A DNA stretch of 64,000 nt. It comes from an uncultured Methanoregulaceae archaeon. GTDB taxonomy: Archaea; Halobacteriota; Methanomicrobia; Methanomicrobiales; Methanospirillaceae. A model generated the notes under the pieces. The model searched no databases. It was not told the DNA's origin and saw only the letters and a program-made list of their open reading frames with translations. Both the position numbers and the translations under genes were made by a program. Positions within the stretch are counted from its first letter, which is position 1. Every line of letters starts with the position of its first letter. Positions 54,171 to 64,000 of the stretch are shown piece by piece. The DNA lies in contig CAVTTL010000001.1 in assembly GCA_963737635.1 (NCBI GenBank), forward strand, positions 352,001 through 416,000, written 5' to 3'.

Positions 54171-55251
54171 TTATTCCGCATAGAGCATCTGGATGAGGTT
54201 CTCCGCTGATTCCCTGGTGATGCCCATATCAAAGATGGTAAAGCGCTCCGGGCGGATAGTTTTTGCCATCAGGAGCGCCTCAACTGCGATCTCATCAGCG
54301 ATGCCAATCTCCGCCGGCGTCACCGGAGCGCCAATTGTCCTGAGAGACTCACGGATTCCTCTCCAGTCGCCTCCGTGAAGGTACATTGATATAATAGTAC
54401 CGATCCCGCAGCTTTCCCCGTGCAGGGCCTTTCCCGGGGCAAGCCGGTCAATGGCATGGGAGAACTTATGCTCTCCGCCGCTCGCGGGCCGCGATGACCC
54501 CGCAATGCTCATTGCAACCCCGCTTGACACAAGGGCCTTTGTGACAAACCACGCTGATCGCTCCTGATGGGGTTTTATGAGATCTGCATTCTTAACGAGA
54601 ATTTCGGCGGTCATCTTTGAGAGGGCTACCGCATATTCACTCATAGGCTCGCCTTTGATCCTGTGTGCCATCTCCCAGTCAAGAATCGCAGTATAATTGG
54701 AGATCACATCAGCGCAACCAGCCGCAAGAAGCCGGTGCGGTGCGGAAGCAATGATTCCGGTGTCTGCGATTATAGCGAGCGGCGGATGTGCTTCGAGCGA
54801 GACATTCCCCTCACTCATGGGAACTGACGCCCGGGCTGAGGCAATGCCATCGTGGGATGCAGCCGTCGGAACAGACACAAACTGCCGGTCGATGTTGTAC
54901 GACACGATCTTTGCCGTATCGATCACCCGGCCTCCCCCGACGCCGATCACAAAGTCCATACCTTCTGCCGCCTGTTCAGCATCCCTGATAATCTCCGGGC
55001 TGATCTCTTCTGCGAAGTAGATCTCTACAGTCCCCAGTTTGGAGAGTTGGTCCCGGACGGTTCTCCCGGCCAGTCTCCATGGTATTCTTGCCGGAGATGA
55101 GAAGAGCCGATTTCCCCATTTTCAGATCGGTGCAGACAGGAGTAATCTGGCCAAGAACATCATGGCCTATCACAACGTCACGGGGTAACTGCATCCACTT
55201 GGACTTGTCAAAGACCTTCTCTTTGAGTAATTTTATGGTATCAGGACTCAT
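54171..55251 (-). CDS. egsA: sn-glycerol-1-phosphate dehydrogenase; +1 frameshift at about 55070
   Basis: WMQLPRDV, GGGRVID, PTAASHDG, SRPASGGEH.FSH, LHGE; joins into 359 aa. Confidence 0.95.
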
Positions 55252-55262
55252 CCGGATAATGA

Positions 55263-56129
55263 ATGATTAGTGATTTCATATACAAATACTACATAGATCC
55301 CGTTAAGTACGGCGAACCCTACAATATCGTCGAGACGCTCACGTATGCTCTCATCCTCGTTATAGGAGTATATCTATTATACCGTTGGTTTTCAAATTCT
55401 GCGTGGCTTTCAGAGCACGGTATAAAACTCGATTCATCGTTTATCCTTGCTACTCTTCCGTATGTTGTTCTTGGTGGCGTGCTCCGGGTTATCCAGGATA
55501 CCGGAATGGTCACCGGCGACTGGCAGTATCTGATCGTTACCCCTCCGATATACTTTGTGCTGTTCTTCTTTACACTCGGGATGATCTTTATCGGAGGCAC
55601 CCTGAAGAAAAACGGACTTGTGAAAGATTTTCTTTCATTTTATGCGTTCATCGGGTGTTTGGCAGTCTTTGTTATCTCGCTGATCCTTGTTGCCTGGGGT
55701 ATGACTCACACCCATATCGATCTCTTCATTCTCGCGATGATCCTTCTTATGGCCGTAACATCAGCGGTGCTGGTCTGGGCATGCATGAGATACGTTCTCT
55801 CATGGGAATATGTCCGGGATCCGCTCTACATTGCCCTCATTTTCGGACAGATGCTGGATGCCAGTGCCACCAGTTACGGACTCACCTTCCACCCGGCCGT
55901 CCATTACATTGAGCAGCATGTTGTCGGATCAAACCTCATCGCGATGACGGGGACCGCTTTTGTCATGTACCCGCTCAAGCTTGTGATCCTCTTCCCGGCG
56001 ATCTATATTATGCAACTCTATCGTAGGGAGGCAAATCCGGCTTTCTGGCACCTGGTGCTTCTGGCTATGATCGTAGTCGGTCTTGCCCCCGGAGTCCGTG
56101 ACATGATCCGGATGGTTCTTTATGTCTGA
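55263..56129 (+). CDS. DUF63 family membrane protein
   Basis: YYIDP...YNIVETL.Y, LDASAT, EQHV, GLAPGVRD. Confidence 0.85.
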   Translation: MISDFIYKYYIDPVKYGEPYNIVETLTYALILVIGVYLLYRWFSNSAWLSEHGIKLDSSFILATLPYVVLGGVLRVIQDTGMVTGDWQYLIVTPPIYFVLFFFTLGMIFIGGTLKKNGLVKDFLSFYAFIGCLAVFVISLILVAWGMTHTHIDLFILAMILLMAVTSAVLVWACMRYVLSWEYVRDPLYIALIFGQMLDASATSYGLTFHPAVHYIEQHVVGSNLIAMTGTAFVMYPLKLVILFPAIYIMQLYRREANPAFWHLVLLAMIVVGLAPGVRDMIRMVLYV

Positions 56130-56715
56130 TCCCGGACATATTCCCATGACGGATCGTGCTTCTTTCGGAAATACCATTACTGTCGCGGTTCTCCTCTTTC
56201 TTGTTGCCACAATTGTCGGTTGGATCGGCACTGCGCACAATCCGGACATAGGGAACGCACTGCTCCAGATGTTCCAAAAAGAGATAGCCGGCCAGATTAC
56301 TATCGGCAATCCGGTTGACATGTGCCTGAATATCTTTGCCAACAACCTTGAAGCATGCATCCTGCTCTTTCTGGGAGGAGCTTCGTTTGGGATTCTTACG
56401 ATGGTGATACTGAGCCTAAACGGGATTGTCATCGGGGCGATTACCGAGATCGTAAGCAAGGGCCATACGGCAATCTTTATAGCCGCCGCTATAGTCCCCC
56501 ATGGAATCTTTGAGATTCCTGCATTTATCATCTCAGGGGCGCTTGGTTTTCTTATGGCGCAGTCACTTATCGGAGAATGGTATGGTTCCGGTGATACTGC
56601 AGCGGATGCAGCACGTTTAGCCCGACTCTTTCTGCTGTATGTGGTGCCTCTTATTGCCGTCGCAGCGGTTGTCGAGGCTTTTATTACACCGGTGATCATA
56701 CAGATAGTAGCTTAA
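56122..56715 (+). CDS. SpoIIM-like (DUF95) membrane protein
   Basis: IFANN, NG, PHGIFEIPA, AAVVEAFITP. Confidence 0.88.
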   Translation: MSDPGHIPMTDRASFGNTITVAVLLFLVATIVGWIGTAHNPDIGNALLQMFQKEIAGQITIGNPVDMCLNIFANNLEACILLFLGGASFGILTMVILSLNGIVIGAITEIVSKGHTAIFIAAAIVPHGIFEIPAFIISGALGFLMAQSLIGEWYGSGDTAADAARLARLFLLYVVPLIAVAAVVEAFITPVIIQIVA

Positions 56716-56724
56716 GAGGTTTTC

Positions 56725-58161
56725 ATGGACGAGGATGCGGGCGCCCTGCCAAAAAAACAGGATTTTTCCGAATGGTACAACGAACTGCTGTGGCGTGCGG
56801 AGATCATGGATGTCCGCTATCCGGTAAAAGGACTCTATGTCTGGTTCCCATATGGATTCGCAATTCGCAAATTCGTATATCTCCACCTGCGCAAACTGCT
56901 TGACCGGGAGCATCAGGAAACACTGTTTCCCCTTTTAATCCCGGAACAGGAGTTCATGAAAGAGGCCGAGCATATCAAGGGGTTCGAAAATGAGGTGTAC
57001 TGGGTAACTCACGGCGGAACGACCCCCCTTGATGTGAGACTTGCACTCCGGCCGACAAGTGAGACGGCCATCTACCCGATGTTTGCACTCTGGGTCCGTT
57101 CTCATGCCGATCTCCCCATCAAGATCTATCAGATTGTGAATACATTCAGGTATGAGACAAAGCAGACTCGCCCCTTGATCCGGCTTCGCGAGATCACCTC
57201 GTTCATGGAATCGCATACCGTTCACGCGACATGGGATGAAGCGGAAGCGCAGGTGGAATCAGAAATAGCTCTTACTCGTGAATTTTACAAAAGCCTCTGC
57301 ATCCCGATCATTATCTCAAAACGCCCTGACTGGGATAAATTCCCCGGTGCTGACTATACGATTGCCGTGGACACAATTATGCCCAACGGTAAAACCCTGC
57401 AGATCGGCACAGTCCATCACCTCGGTGATCACTTCTCCCGGACATTCTCCATAATGTACGAAGATAAAAACGGGGAACAGAAATTTGCATATCAGACTTG
57501 TTATGGGATCTCCGAACGCTGCATCGCGGCCCTGATCTCCGTTCACGGCGATGACAACGGCCTCATCCTTCCCCCGGCAGTCGCTACCTTCCAAGCCGTG
57601 ATCGTGCCAATCATGATTGGAAAACGTCACGATGACGTGCTCGCTGCCACAGAAAAACTTAAACTCGATCTGGAGGTGGCCGGTCTCAGGGTGATACTGG
57701 ATACGAGGGATATGCGGCCGGGGGCGAAGTACTACTGGTGGGAACTCCGGGGTGTCCCGCTCAGGCTCGAACTGGGGCCGAGGGATCTCGACGCCGGAAA
57801 AGCGATGGCGGTAAAACGGACAGGTGGGAAGACCGCGATCTCTCTTGCGACAGCTGCAGGGGATGTTATACAGGTACTCGATACCATCACCTCAGAGATC
57901 AGGGTGAAAGCCGAAGAACATACGATGTCTCATCTCTGCACGGTCGATTCTATTGATGCCCTAAACGCAGCCCTTAATGAAGGAAAAGTTGCGGTCGTCC
58001 ACTGGTGCCAGGATAAGTGCTGCGGGGATGCTATCGAAGAAAAGGCGAACTCGAGCCTGCTCGGGACCGATGTCAGATCAGACTATATAGAGGTCACAGA
58101 CGGGCCATGTATCATCTGCAACAAATCAGGTAAGGCAACTCTCGTCGGCAGGACCTACTGA
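56725..58161 (+). CDS. proS: Proline--tRNA ligase (archaeal/eukaryotic type)
   Basis: FSEWY, LRPTSET, FRYETK.TRPLIR.RE, C-term Zn Cys and GRTY. Confidence 0.97.
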   Translation: MDEDAGALPKKQDFSEWYNELLWRAEIMDVRYPVKGLYVWFPYGFAIRKFVYLHLRKLLDREHQETLFPLLIPEQEFMKEAEHIKGFENEVYWVTHGGTTPLDVRLALRPTSETAIYPMFALWVRSHADLPIKIYQIVNTFRYETKQTRPLIRLREITSFMESHTVHATWDEAEAQVESEIALTREFYKSLCIPIIISKRPDWDKFPGADYTIAVDTIMPNGKTLQIGTVHHLGDHFSRTFSIMYEDKNGEQKFAYQTCYGISERCIAALISVHGDDNGLILPPAVATFQAVIVPIMIGKRHDDVLAATEKLKLDLEVAGLRVILDTRDMRPGAKYYWWELRGVPLRLELGPRDLDAGKAMAVKRTGGKTAISLATAAGDVIQVLDTITSEIRVKAEEHTMSHLCTVDSIDALNAALNEGKVAVVHWCQDKCCGDAIEEKANSSLLGTDVRSDYIEVTDGPCIICNKSGKATLVGRTY

Positions 58162-58305
58162 GTTTCTACTTAAGGGAAAAATAGCGAGAGAATCCTATGA
58201 AGTCTCCGGAGATCCCGGGCGTTAATGTTAAAAGAGAATACCGCCCCCTATTTACCTAAGCGATCACAAAAAGATGACACTTCCCAAGAGAGACCAGAGG
58301 TATAT

Positions 58306-59271
58306 ATGAAATCAGGAGCCACGGCCGTAGCCCTGCTTGCTGCGCTTCTGGTGATACTTATTCTGCCGCCAGTATCCGCCTCGCTGACTGCCATGACCAG
58401 CGGTCCCCAGACCATCGTGAAGGGAGATACGGCGACTTTCGCAGGTACCGGCGCTGAAAATGGTTCGATAACACTGTGGATCATCGGGCAAAACTACTTT
58501 GAGACACAGACGACAAAACCGGACAAAACCGGGAATTTCACCTTTATTATTACACCAAAAGAGACGACGCTGTTTTCTCCGGGTCAATATGCATTTTTGA
58601 TTCAGGATCCCGGCGCGAACAGGAATTTTGAGATCGGACCGCTGCTCTTGAGCGACGGTATACGTATTGCAGATCAGGGAAAAATTGTGGGTGATATCGG
58701 TCAAATATCATCCTTCCCCGTGGACATCCATCCTCTTGTCAGCATTATTCTCAATTCATCTATGCAATCAGATACTGATGATATTTTTACTCCGTATTAC
58801 TTCTACGTTGAGGATCCGTCTGTCCACTTCAACCGGATAAGTGACACCGGTAACCTGCCTGATCAGACAACCGGGGAAGCTCTTCTTATCACCGGGACGA
58901 CGAACATCGGCCCCGAGAACCTGCTCCATGTTGAGATTAAAAATGCGACTTCCGGAGACGTAGTAACGTCCCAAAATATCCCGGTAGAAGCGGGGGCCAA
59001 TTCCAACCAGTGGACCTATTCTCTCGATGAACCCGGCTTGCCCGCGGGTCCATATACCGTAACGGTCGGCGAACAAGTATACACCACATCGGAAAGTGCA
59101 TCAGCGGAGCTGAATATACTCCAATACCGTATCGCCAGCAACTCGTCCCTGTACGGGCAACCGGAATTACCTGCCGGGGTAACTACCTATGGCGCCCTCC
59201 TTCCTCTGCTCATCAGTTGTGCCGGCCTTGCAATTATCGGGATTATTATGCTGGTATCATTACGTAAGTGA
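58306..59271 (+). CDS. Cell-surface protein: signal peptide, Ig-like beta domains, C-terminal TM anchor
   Basis: Signal peptide ending VSA, ITGTTNI and GPYTVTV motifs, C-term hydrophobic helix + RK. Confidence 0.7.
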   Translation: MKSGATAVALLAALLVILILPPVSASLTAMTSGPQTIVKGDTATFAGTGAENGSITLWIIGQNYFETQTTKPDKTGNFTFIITPKETTLFSPGQYAFLIQDPGANRNFEIGPLLLSDGIRIADQGKIVGDIGQISSFPVDIHPLVSIILNSSMQSDTDDIFTPYYFYVEDPSVHFNRISDTGNLPDQTTGEALLITGTTNIGPENLLHVEIKNATSGDVVTSQNIPVEAGANSNQWTYSLDEPGLPAGPYTVTVGEQVYTTSESASAELNILQYRIASNSSLYGQPELPAGVTTYGALLPLLISCAGLAIIGIIMLVSLRK

Positions 59272-59395
59272 AACATCATGGGAAGACATCTACGAATCTT
59301 CTACAACACGTTGTTATCATTTTTGCTGAATATACCAACAAAACAACAATTCTCTAGCAGTAAAATAAATTGAAAAAAATGAGATTGAGAGAAAT

Positions 59396-59851
59396 TTAGC
59401 ACCGGTTGCAAACGTACTGTATGCGCACGAGTGTGGATCGCATATCACCGGTGATTTGTTTTCTTCCGCCTCCAATAAAGAGCCGGTTACATTTTACACA
59501 CCGCTTGGGTCTGATCGTATCAAGGATACCCATCGGGAGTTCCAAGGAGAAATCCGTTTTTGTCCACTCTTCCCGGGGTTTTTCTGCATTCTCTTCGTAA
59601 CTGGAAAGAAAATCCATGATCTGCGATGGCGGAACCCCAAGATCGACAAATTTCTTAAAAACAAAATAATTGAAGATGAGCCACGAGAGGTCGGAACGAT
59701 CTAAAATGCCGTCATATTCTCCGATGGACTCTTCAAAGTCTTCCAGTGAACAGCCGCACAATGGACATTTACCGCCTACTAACTCGTCAAGAAAAACCTC
59801 TTCCTGACAACTTGGGCAGGTTGTATGAGGCGCATGCATGCGTGATGTCAT
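59396..59851 (-). CDS. Zinc-ribbon hypothetical protein
   Basis: Four CxxC pairs: CPSC, CPLC, CVKC, CNRC. Confidence 0.7.
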   Translation of the reverse strand: MTSRMHAPHTTCPSCQEEVFLDELVGGKCPLCGCSLEDFEESIGEYDGILDRSDLSWLIFNYFVFKKFVDLGVPPSQIMDFLSSYEENAEKPREEWTKTDFSLELPMGILDTIRPKRCVKCNRLFIGGGRKQITGDMRSTLVRIQYVCNRC

Positions 59852-60008
59852 GGTTATTCTCCGTCTTGTTCTAATGTGTCCAAGATGAAAGAAGAAAGAA
59901 TCTCTCGTCGTCCTGAGACTGTTCTCATAATACATGTGCCGGGTTGACACTTATAGGTATCATCCTTGCACATTTACCCCGATAATAGCTTTGTGATACT
60001 GGTGTAAT

Positions 60009-60317
60009 TCAGGACGCCTCAGGTTCCTGAGGCTCCATAACGAGCGCCCCAAAGATCACTTTCTCCAGCACTTGGGAGACATACCGTATATGCATTGCCT
60101 TTTCAAGGTCTTCATTTCGGTGGATATCTGCATAGAGCTGCAGGCGCAAAAGCGCAAAACGGAACTGGTCGAGCGTCTCGTCGTCGAGCTTCATCGCTTG
60201 GCGGTATACCGGTTCCAGAAGATCGGGAAACGCCTGAGGGTTTTCCAGGCAGGTAATAACCGGCTCATAAATGGGGAGTGGTGCTGCTTTTCCGGAAAGG
60301 ATCCGCAGGTAATCCAT
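60009..60317 (-). CDS. Hypothetical protein
   Basis: 102 aa ORF 6 nt downstream of the Mrp gene, helical composition. Confidence 0.7.
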   Translation of the reverse strand: MDYLRILSGKAAPLPIYEPVITCLENPQAFPDLLEPVYRQAMKLDDETLDQFRFALLRLQLYADIHRNEDLEKAMHIRYVSQVLEKVIFGALVMEPQEPEAS

Positions 60318-60323
60318 ACTGGC

Positions 60324-61217
60324 TTATCCCTCGACAACTTTTATGAGTGCTTCCATAACCTTATCCACACTTCCCCATGTCGCACTGTCACCTCGCCGGA
60401 TAATGAACGGCCGGCCTTCGTCTCCGGCCTTACGCATATCTATGTCGATCGGTATTGCACCAAGGAACGGTACCGAGAGTTCATCCGCAATTTTTTTACC
60501 GCCGCCTTTCCCGAACAGGTCGACCTCTTGGCCACAGTGAGGGCAGACCATCCCGCTCATATTCTCGACAACGCCCAGCACCGGCAGACCCAGTCTTTCT
60601 ACAAATTTTATAGCCTTTTTCGAATCGAGCGTGGCAACATCCTGAGGAGTGGTCACGATAACGGCACCGCGCACATTGGGCGCCAGTTGTGCAATCGTAA
60701 GCGCTTCATCACCGGTGCCAGGGGGGAGGTCAACGACAAGGTAGTCCAATGATCCCCAGTTGACATCGGTGAGGAACTGGTTGATCGCTGCCATCTTCAT
60801 TGGTCCGCGCCAGATTATCGGTGTGCTCTTATCAGGGAGAAGGAATGCCATGGATATAACCGAGAGCGCCCCGGTAACATGGACCGGTTCTATTTTATTA
60901 CCGATTGTGGAAAGCTTGTGATCCTCTATCCCTAGCATCTTAGGAATATTGGGGCCGTGCAAATCCAGATCCAGAAGCCCGACTTTGTAGCCGTGGCTGG
61001 AAAGTGCATAGGCAAGGTTCACGGATACTGTCGATTTTCCTACGCCTCCTTTACCCGAAAGCACCAAAATGACATGTTTTACGTCAATATCTGCCTTAGG
61101 GGGCAGGCCGGTTTTCGCATCCGAGCATGTTCCCGCCGTCGAGCAGTTGGAGCATTCATGTGAGCAGGAGTCTTTGTTTGGTTTGTCCGGTAGAGTGCCG
61201 GCAGGTTTCTTTGCCAT
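60324..61217 (-). CDS. Mrp/NBP35 (ApbC) Fe-S cluster carrier ATPase
   Basis: N-term Cys cluster, SGKGGVGKST, WRGP, DLPPGTGD, ENMS...CPHC. Confidence 0.95.
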   Translation of the reverse strand: MAKKPAGTLPDKPNKDSCSHECSNCSTAGTCSDAKTGLPPKADIDVKHVILVLSGKGGVGKSTVSVNLAYALSSHGYKVGLLDLDLHGPNIPKMLGIEDHKLSTIGNKIEPVHVTGALSVISMAFLLPDKSTPIIWRGPMKMAAINQFLTDVNWGSLDYLVVDLPPGTGDEALTIAQLAPNVRGAVIVTTPQDVATLDSKKAIKFVERLGLPVLGVVENMSGMVCPHCGQEVDLFGKGGGKKIADELSVPFLGAIPIDIDMRKAGDEGRPFIIRRGDSATWGSVDKVMEALIKVVEG

Positions 61218-61472
61218 GGGTTGCCTCTAAAGTATAATTGGGTACTTATGTCCTCTAGTATTCTTTTCTTTAGACAATAAATATGCGGAAGGGATAATCG
61301 CCCGTTTCCTCCATGACGGCCACAATGCCCCGGCCACCACTCTGAATGGAAAAACAAAAGTTCCGGGAAATAAGGCAGCGGCTCCCCATTGCAGATATGA
61401 CACCGGATATATGCATGAACAGTATTTTTATGAGACACAGCGTTCATGATGCATACGGGGACGTGAAAGCAT

Positions 61473-61934
61473 ATGGAATCATTACGCGTACGAATTTCTG
61501 TCAGGATTCTGCCGAGCGCATATACCTGTGATGGCGAGGATAAATCACCCGCTATTGAGGTTGACGGCGTAAATGTCCAGCTCTCGAAATGTCTTGCTAT
61601 TATTTGTAACGATCCCGATGCACCGGGAGGAGGAGGTTTTATCCATTGGCTCGCGTGGAACGTCGAACTGGTAAGGATCATACCGGAAAAGATACCAAAA
61701 GATCCTGTAGTTACTTTTCCCATTAAGGCAGTTCAGGGAACGAACAGTTTTGGTAAAATAGGATATTACGGCCCCTGCCCTCCCCACGGGCAGACACACC
61801 GGTACTTCTTTAAGATTTATGGGCTTGACACTGAGCTCGATCTCGCCGCCGGTGCCACAAAAGAGCAGCTGGTACAGGCAATAAACGGGCATGCCGTCCA
61901 GTACGGCGAGACATCGGTGACCTATGGGAGATAA
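61473..61934 (+). CDS. YbhB/YbcL (PEBP) family protein
   Basis: DPDAP, FIHW, YYGPCPP, HRYFF. Confidence 0.93.
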   Translation: MESLRVRISVRILPSAYTCDGEDKSPAIEVDGVNVQLSKCLAIICNDPDAPGGGGFIHWLAWNVELVRIIPEKIPKDPVVTFPIKAVQGTNSFGKIGYYGPCPPHGQTHRYFFKIYGLDTELDLAAGATKEQLVQAINGHAVQYGETSVTYGR

Positions 61935-61988
61935 AACCGGTAATTGCGTCAGCCTTAATGCTGCCCGCTCCCCAGATTGAACGTACAT

Positions 61989-63173
61989 ATGGTACAGCCG
62001 GGAGAGCACGCTGGACAGCATGAGGGTCTGGGGATTTACCGGTACACCTCCGAGCGTGAAGCCCTTCTCTCTCCCCATGCGTCACGAAGCGACCAGGCGA
62101 TGCGGCGCAAGAACCGGAAACCGGAAGATATCCGCACCCCATATTCCCGTGATGCAGATAGAATCATCCATACCCGGGCCTATACACGATATATCGACAA
62201 GACGCAGGTTTTCTATCTGGTAGATAACGATCATATTACGCACCGGGTGATCCACGTCCAGCTCGTCTCAAAGATCGCCCGTACGATTGGCCGTTGCCTG
62301 CGTCTCAATGAGGATCTGATTGAAGCAATCGCTCTCGGTCACGATATCGGTCATATCCCGTACGGGCATTTTGGCGAATCCTGTCTTTCGGATCTCTGCG
62401 AAGAACACGGGATCGGGAAGTTTTTCCATAACGTGCAAAGCGTCAGGTCTCTTGATCGGATAGAGGATCAGGATCTGACCCTTCAGGTGCTGGATGGGAT
62501 CCTCTGCCACAACGGCGAGGCAGATGATATCCGTATCTCCCCGGAACCCTGCCCGGACTGGACGGCATTCGACCGGAAAGTCGAAGTAAACGAGGCGGGG
62601 GGCAGGCGGGCCGGGGCTCCAATGACCCTTGAAGGATGTGTGGTTAAGTTTGCTGACACAATCGCTTATATCGGGCGCGATCTCCAGGATGCACAGGAAG
62701 TCGGCCTTATAAAAGACCCACATGAAATCCCCCGGGAATTCCAAGAAGTGCTAGGAGCCGACAACCGTACTATCATCGACACACTGATTCACGACCTGCT
62801 CGAAAACAGCGATGCCGACGACCGGGGTTTTATTTCTTACAGCGGGGAGGTTGAAAAAGCACTTGCCTCCATCAGGGTATTTTCACAGGACCATATTTAC
62901 AATAACCCAAAACTAACGACGGAACGAGAAAAAATCAGGACTATGTACGGTATCCTTTTTTCAACGTATCTTCAGGATATTGAGGGAGATCGACGTGACT
63001 CAAAGATTTTTACCGATTTTATCCAAGCCACGTGGGTCAACAAGAATTACCTCTTGGCAACATCCCCCGCCGGGCTTGTCCGGGATTTTATAGCCGGGAT
63101 GACTGACAGGTATTTCCTGAAACGATTTGAGGATTGCATGCTCCCTCGTCGGATAGATGGCACATTCAGGTGA
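61989..63173 (+). CDS. HD-domain dNTP triphosphohydrolase-like protein
   Basis: RDADRI, KTQVF, HR..H, GHDIGH.PYGH.GE, ADTIAY, DFIAGMTD. Confidence 0.9.
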   Translation: MVQPGEHAGQHEGLGIYRYTSEREALLSPHASRSDQAMRRKNRKPEDIRTPYSRDADRIIHTRAYTRYIDKTQVFYLVDNDHITHRVIHVQLVSKIARTIGRCLRLNEDLIEAIALGHDIGHIPYGHFGESCLSDLCEEHGIGKFFHNVQSVRSLDRIEDQDLTLQVLDGILCHNGEADDIRISPEPCPDWTAFDRKVEVNEAGGRRAGAPMTLEGCVVKFADTIAYIGRDLQDAQEVGLIKDPHEIPREFQEVLGADNRTIIDTLIHDLLENSDADDRGFISYSGEVEKALASIRVFSQDHIYNNPKLTTEREKIRTMYGILFSTYLQDIEGDRRDSKIFTDFIQATWVNKNYLLATSPAGLVRDFIAGMTDRYFLKRFEDCMLPRRIDGTFR

Positions 63174-63180
63174 AAAAGTA

Positions 63181-63372
63181 TCAGTCGTACTTACCTTTCG
63201 GATGCGCCCAACCGGTAAACCCACAGTAGATGCATCCAATACCGTCGCATTCGGGACAAGGCGTTTTAGGCGCTCGTACGAGAACTGTGCCCGTTTTGTT
63301 GCAGTACATGCATCCGATCCCACCGCAATGACTGCAGATCGCAGGTTCGTAAGTTCCCGGGCCATCAGCCAT
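63181..63372 (-). CDS. Small double zinc-finger protein (CxxCxGxG repeats)
   Basis: CSHCGGIGCMYC and CPECDGIGCIYC; alternative start at 63387. Confidence 0.75.
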   Translation of the reverse strand: MADGPGTYEPAICSHCGGIGCMYCNKTGTVLVRAPKTPCPECDGIGCIYCGFTGWAHPKGKYD

Positions 63373-63390
63373 TTCTACCGACTCCATTCC

Positions 63391-64000
63391 TTACTCGTCG
63401 TCCTCGTCAAGGTACCGGGACAAGGCATCCAGCAGCTCGTCTGCTGACTGGTACCGGTCTGCGGGATTTTTCATAAGGCACTTTAAGATAATCTTCTCCA
63501 CTGCCTCTGCATCGGGATTGTACTCAGTCGGGGGAATCGGCTCGTCCCTGACAATTGCATTGCCGACCTCAACAATACTCTCCCCTCCGAACGGTATTGA
63601 CCCGGTCACTAGTTCGTAAAAGAGGACCCCCAGCTGGTAGATGTCAGTACGGACATCCGTCCTGCCAAATTCTGCTGGGGAAACCTGCTCCGGTGCAGCG
63701 TACGAAAGGGAGAACCCGGCGACACTTGATTTCTCCATCGTAGTTGCGATGACCTTGCTCATGCCCCAGTCAGTAATTTTAGGGACAAAATCACTTGTCA
63801 CGAGAATGTTGTGCGGCTTAATATCACGGTGGATGATACCGTGGGCATGAGCATACGCAAGGCCGTCCGCAATACCATGCACAAGATGTACCGCTTTCCA
63901 GACCGGCAGGGGTTTTGCCACCGATTCCAAGGATCCGGGAACATATTCCATCTCGACATAGGGGACAGGGAGGATATTGACTTCAAGCACTTCGACAATA
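63391..64000 (-). CDS. Hanks-type Ser/Thr protein kinase, C-terminal part (5' end outside window)
   Basis: HRDIKPHN, DWG, YAAPEQ, DIYQLG; frame open to the window edge. Confidence 0.95.
   Translation of the reverse strand, partial: IVEVLEVNILPVPYVEMEYVPGSLESVAKPLPVWKAVHLVHGIADGLAYAHAHGIIHRDIKPHNILVTSDFVPKITDWGMSKVIATTMEKSSVAGFSLSYAAPEQVSPAEFGRTDVRTDIYQLGVLFYELVTGSIPFGGESIVEVGNAIVRDEPIPPTEYNPDAEAVEKIILKCLMKNPADRYQSADELLDALSRYLDEDDE

Noticed and set aside
55929-56699. 256-aa - strand ORF
   Set aside because: Antisense to the DUF63 and SpoIIM-like genes
61410-61455. Inverted repeat CATGAAC...GTTCATG upstream of the PEBP gene
   Set aside because: Short and single-copy, with no supporting context

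Overview
Archaeal chromosomal segment. Gene content and protein style point to a methanogen of the Methanomicrobiales (Methanoregula-like; this is an inference). Most of the window is housekeeping: rpoH-B''-B'-A'-A''-rpl30e-nusA, elp3-priS-GINS-rpl44e-rps27e-aIF2alpha-nop10-PAC2, leuS, proS, hisI, egsA, geranylgeranyl reductase plus ferredoxin, rnhB, glnA, pfk, a pst/phoU phosphate locus and three tRNAs (Arg-TCT, Lys-TTT, Pro-GGG). The most unusual part is 1-11.3 kb. There a type IV pilus/T2SS ATPase, a TadC/FlaJ-type membrane protein and a prepilin peptidase are interleaved with three roadblock/LC7(MglB)-like proteins, three DUF2226-like proteins, MinD, a REC-PAS regulator and a tandem-V4R protein, with no small GTPase or histidine kinase visible. 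A second roadblock plus double response-regulator module lies at 35.2-37.0 kb. At least nine single-base frameshifts, several in essential genes and mostly in short homopolymers, look like sequencing errors. No CRISPR array, transposase or integrase was seen. All family assignments come from motif recognition by eye, not from database searches.
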